Under the pieces are notes generated by a model. It made no database searches and was not told the DNA's origin. It saw nothing but the letters and a program-made list of their open reading frames with translations. 64,000 nucleotides of DNA from Actinomycetota bacterium (GTDB lineage Bacteria > Actinomycetota > Actinomycetes > Mycobacteriales > Pseudonocardiaceae). The stretch spans positions 36,080-100,079 of the forward strand of contig JAVXWP010000059.1 of NCBI GenBank assembly GCA_032230695.1. Direction: 5' to 3'. The translations under genes were made by a program, and so were the position numbers. This document shows, piece after piece, positions 63,125 to 64,000 of the stretch (positions are counted from its first letter, which is position 1; every line of letters starts with the position of its first letter).

Positions 63125-64000
63125 TCAGCAGGCGCGGCCGGTGTTGAGACAACCGACGACCGTCGACATCAGACTCTCCGGCATGACGTTGATGAAGTCG
63201 CCGTGGTCCGCGAGGGCACTGTGCCGGTCCTCGGGAAAGGTGTCGATGGTGTAGTCCACATCGGACGGCACGCGGTAGGAAAGTTCCATGTGCAGCTGCG
63301 GCACCGGGAACGTCCCGCCCGGGCAGGCACCCAGCGAGTTCGGGAAAACGATGTGCGTGCGGTGGTTGGCGCTGTCGATGGTCAAGCCGTTCCAGCAGCT
63401 CGGGAAGTCGAGGATCCGGATGGTCCGCTGCCCGCCATCGCACCGCGGGTAGGTGATGAGCACCTTGTCGCGAGTGCCCGAGCAGGTCCACTGCACGTGC
63501 TCGGTGTTGACGCCGCCGCTGGAGTACCCGTGCGCGTTCCCGGTGCTGGCACGCAGGAACTCCGGCATGCTGATCACGTTGCCGACCGGGCTTCCGCGGA
63601 ACTCCAGCAGCACCGCGTCGGGTACCAGGATACGGCCGTGGTTCCCGTCTGCGACATCGTGCGGCGAGACGACGTCGCCGGTCCCGTCAGGCACCCGCAG
63701 CACGGGCCAGTAATAGGTGGACCGATCGTCGTCCTGGCAGGTCGTCGCTGCCGCGGCGAGGGTCTCGTCGGTGGAGAACGCGTTGGTGGACACGTTGCCG
63801 ACGTAGTCATGGACGTGGTGCGCCTGCCCTGGCAGGCCGGGGCTGGCGACGACGTTGTCCGAGTTCCGGATGCCGAGCTCGTTGCGGCCGCATTGGGACC
63901 GCCAGGTGCCCGTCGACGCGCCCGGCAGCACGGGAGGCGGTACCGGCGCCGCGGGAGCTTGCGCGATATCCACGTAAACGGCCACCGACCCCGACGGGTG
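63125..64000 (-). CDS. DUF1996 domain protein, 5' end outside the window
   Basis: HHVHDYVGN, TTCQDDDRSTYYWP, FPSCWNG, DHGDFIN; the frame stays open to position 64000. Confidence 0.85.
   Translation of the reverse strand, partial: HPSGSVAVYVDIAQAPAAPVPPPVLPGASTGTWRSQCGRNELGIRNSDNVVASPGLPGQAHHVHDYVGNVSTNAFSTDETLAAAATTCQDDDRSTYYWPVLRVPDGTGDVVSPHDVADGNHGRILVPDAVLLEFRGSPVGNVISMPEFLRASTGNAHGYSSGGVNTEHVQWTCSGTRDKVLITYPRCDGGQRTIRILDFPSCWNGLTIDSANHRTHIVFPNSLGACPGGTFPVPQLHMELSYRVPSDVDYTIDTFPEDRHSALADHGDFINVMPESLMSTVVGCLNTGRAC

Overview
High-GC actinomycete DNA. Gene content and one long intergenic palindrome suggest a Pseudonocardiaceae or Amycolatopsis-like genome, but that is inference. There are no rRNA, tRNA or CRISPR arrays. 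About 1-45.5 kb looks like an accessory surface and signalling island with long non-coding gaps and many decay scars. It carries five GAF-ANTAR RNA-binding regulators, a decayed GGDEF gene and a REC-EAL protein with a substituted catalytic Glu. It also has a ~20 kb Wzx/Wzy-dependent polysaccharide locus (6.0-25.6 kb) whose sub-operons have long structured leaders, including a multi-stem RNA candidate at 5755-5857. That locus includes a dual-GT4 fusion, a beta-helix/LGFP secreted enzyme and a DegT aminotransferase lacking its PLP lysine. Next come a SigD/ShbA-like ECF sigma, an atypical LuxR regulator and a fossil type IV pilus cluster (pilD, minor pilins and pilA, all frameshifted) divergent from an intact FliA/WhiG-family sigma. 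These are followed by an orphan ketosynthase, an orphan transposon-type Zn-finger/HTH gene, an intact multi-PAS GGDEF-EAL protein, a matrixin-like protease, two two-component systems (one DosS/DosR-like) and a short ECF sigma. From about 45.5 kb to 64 kb the genes are mostly ordinary accessory or core functions, with two deletion scars. These include GNAT, M48 peptidase, epoxide hydrolase, BASS transporter, PucR, lipocalin-like protein, TetR, MerR, amidase, YciI-ECF42, PspC, SSADH, GH18 chitinase and DUF1996. All domain calls come from motif recognition by eye; no searches were run.
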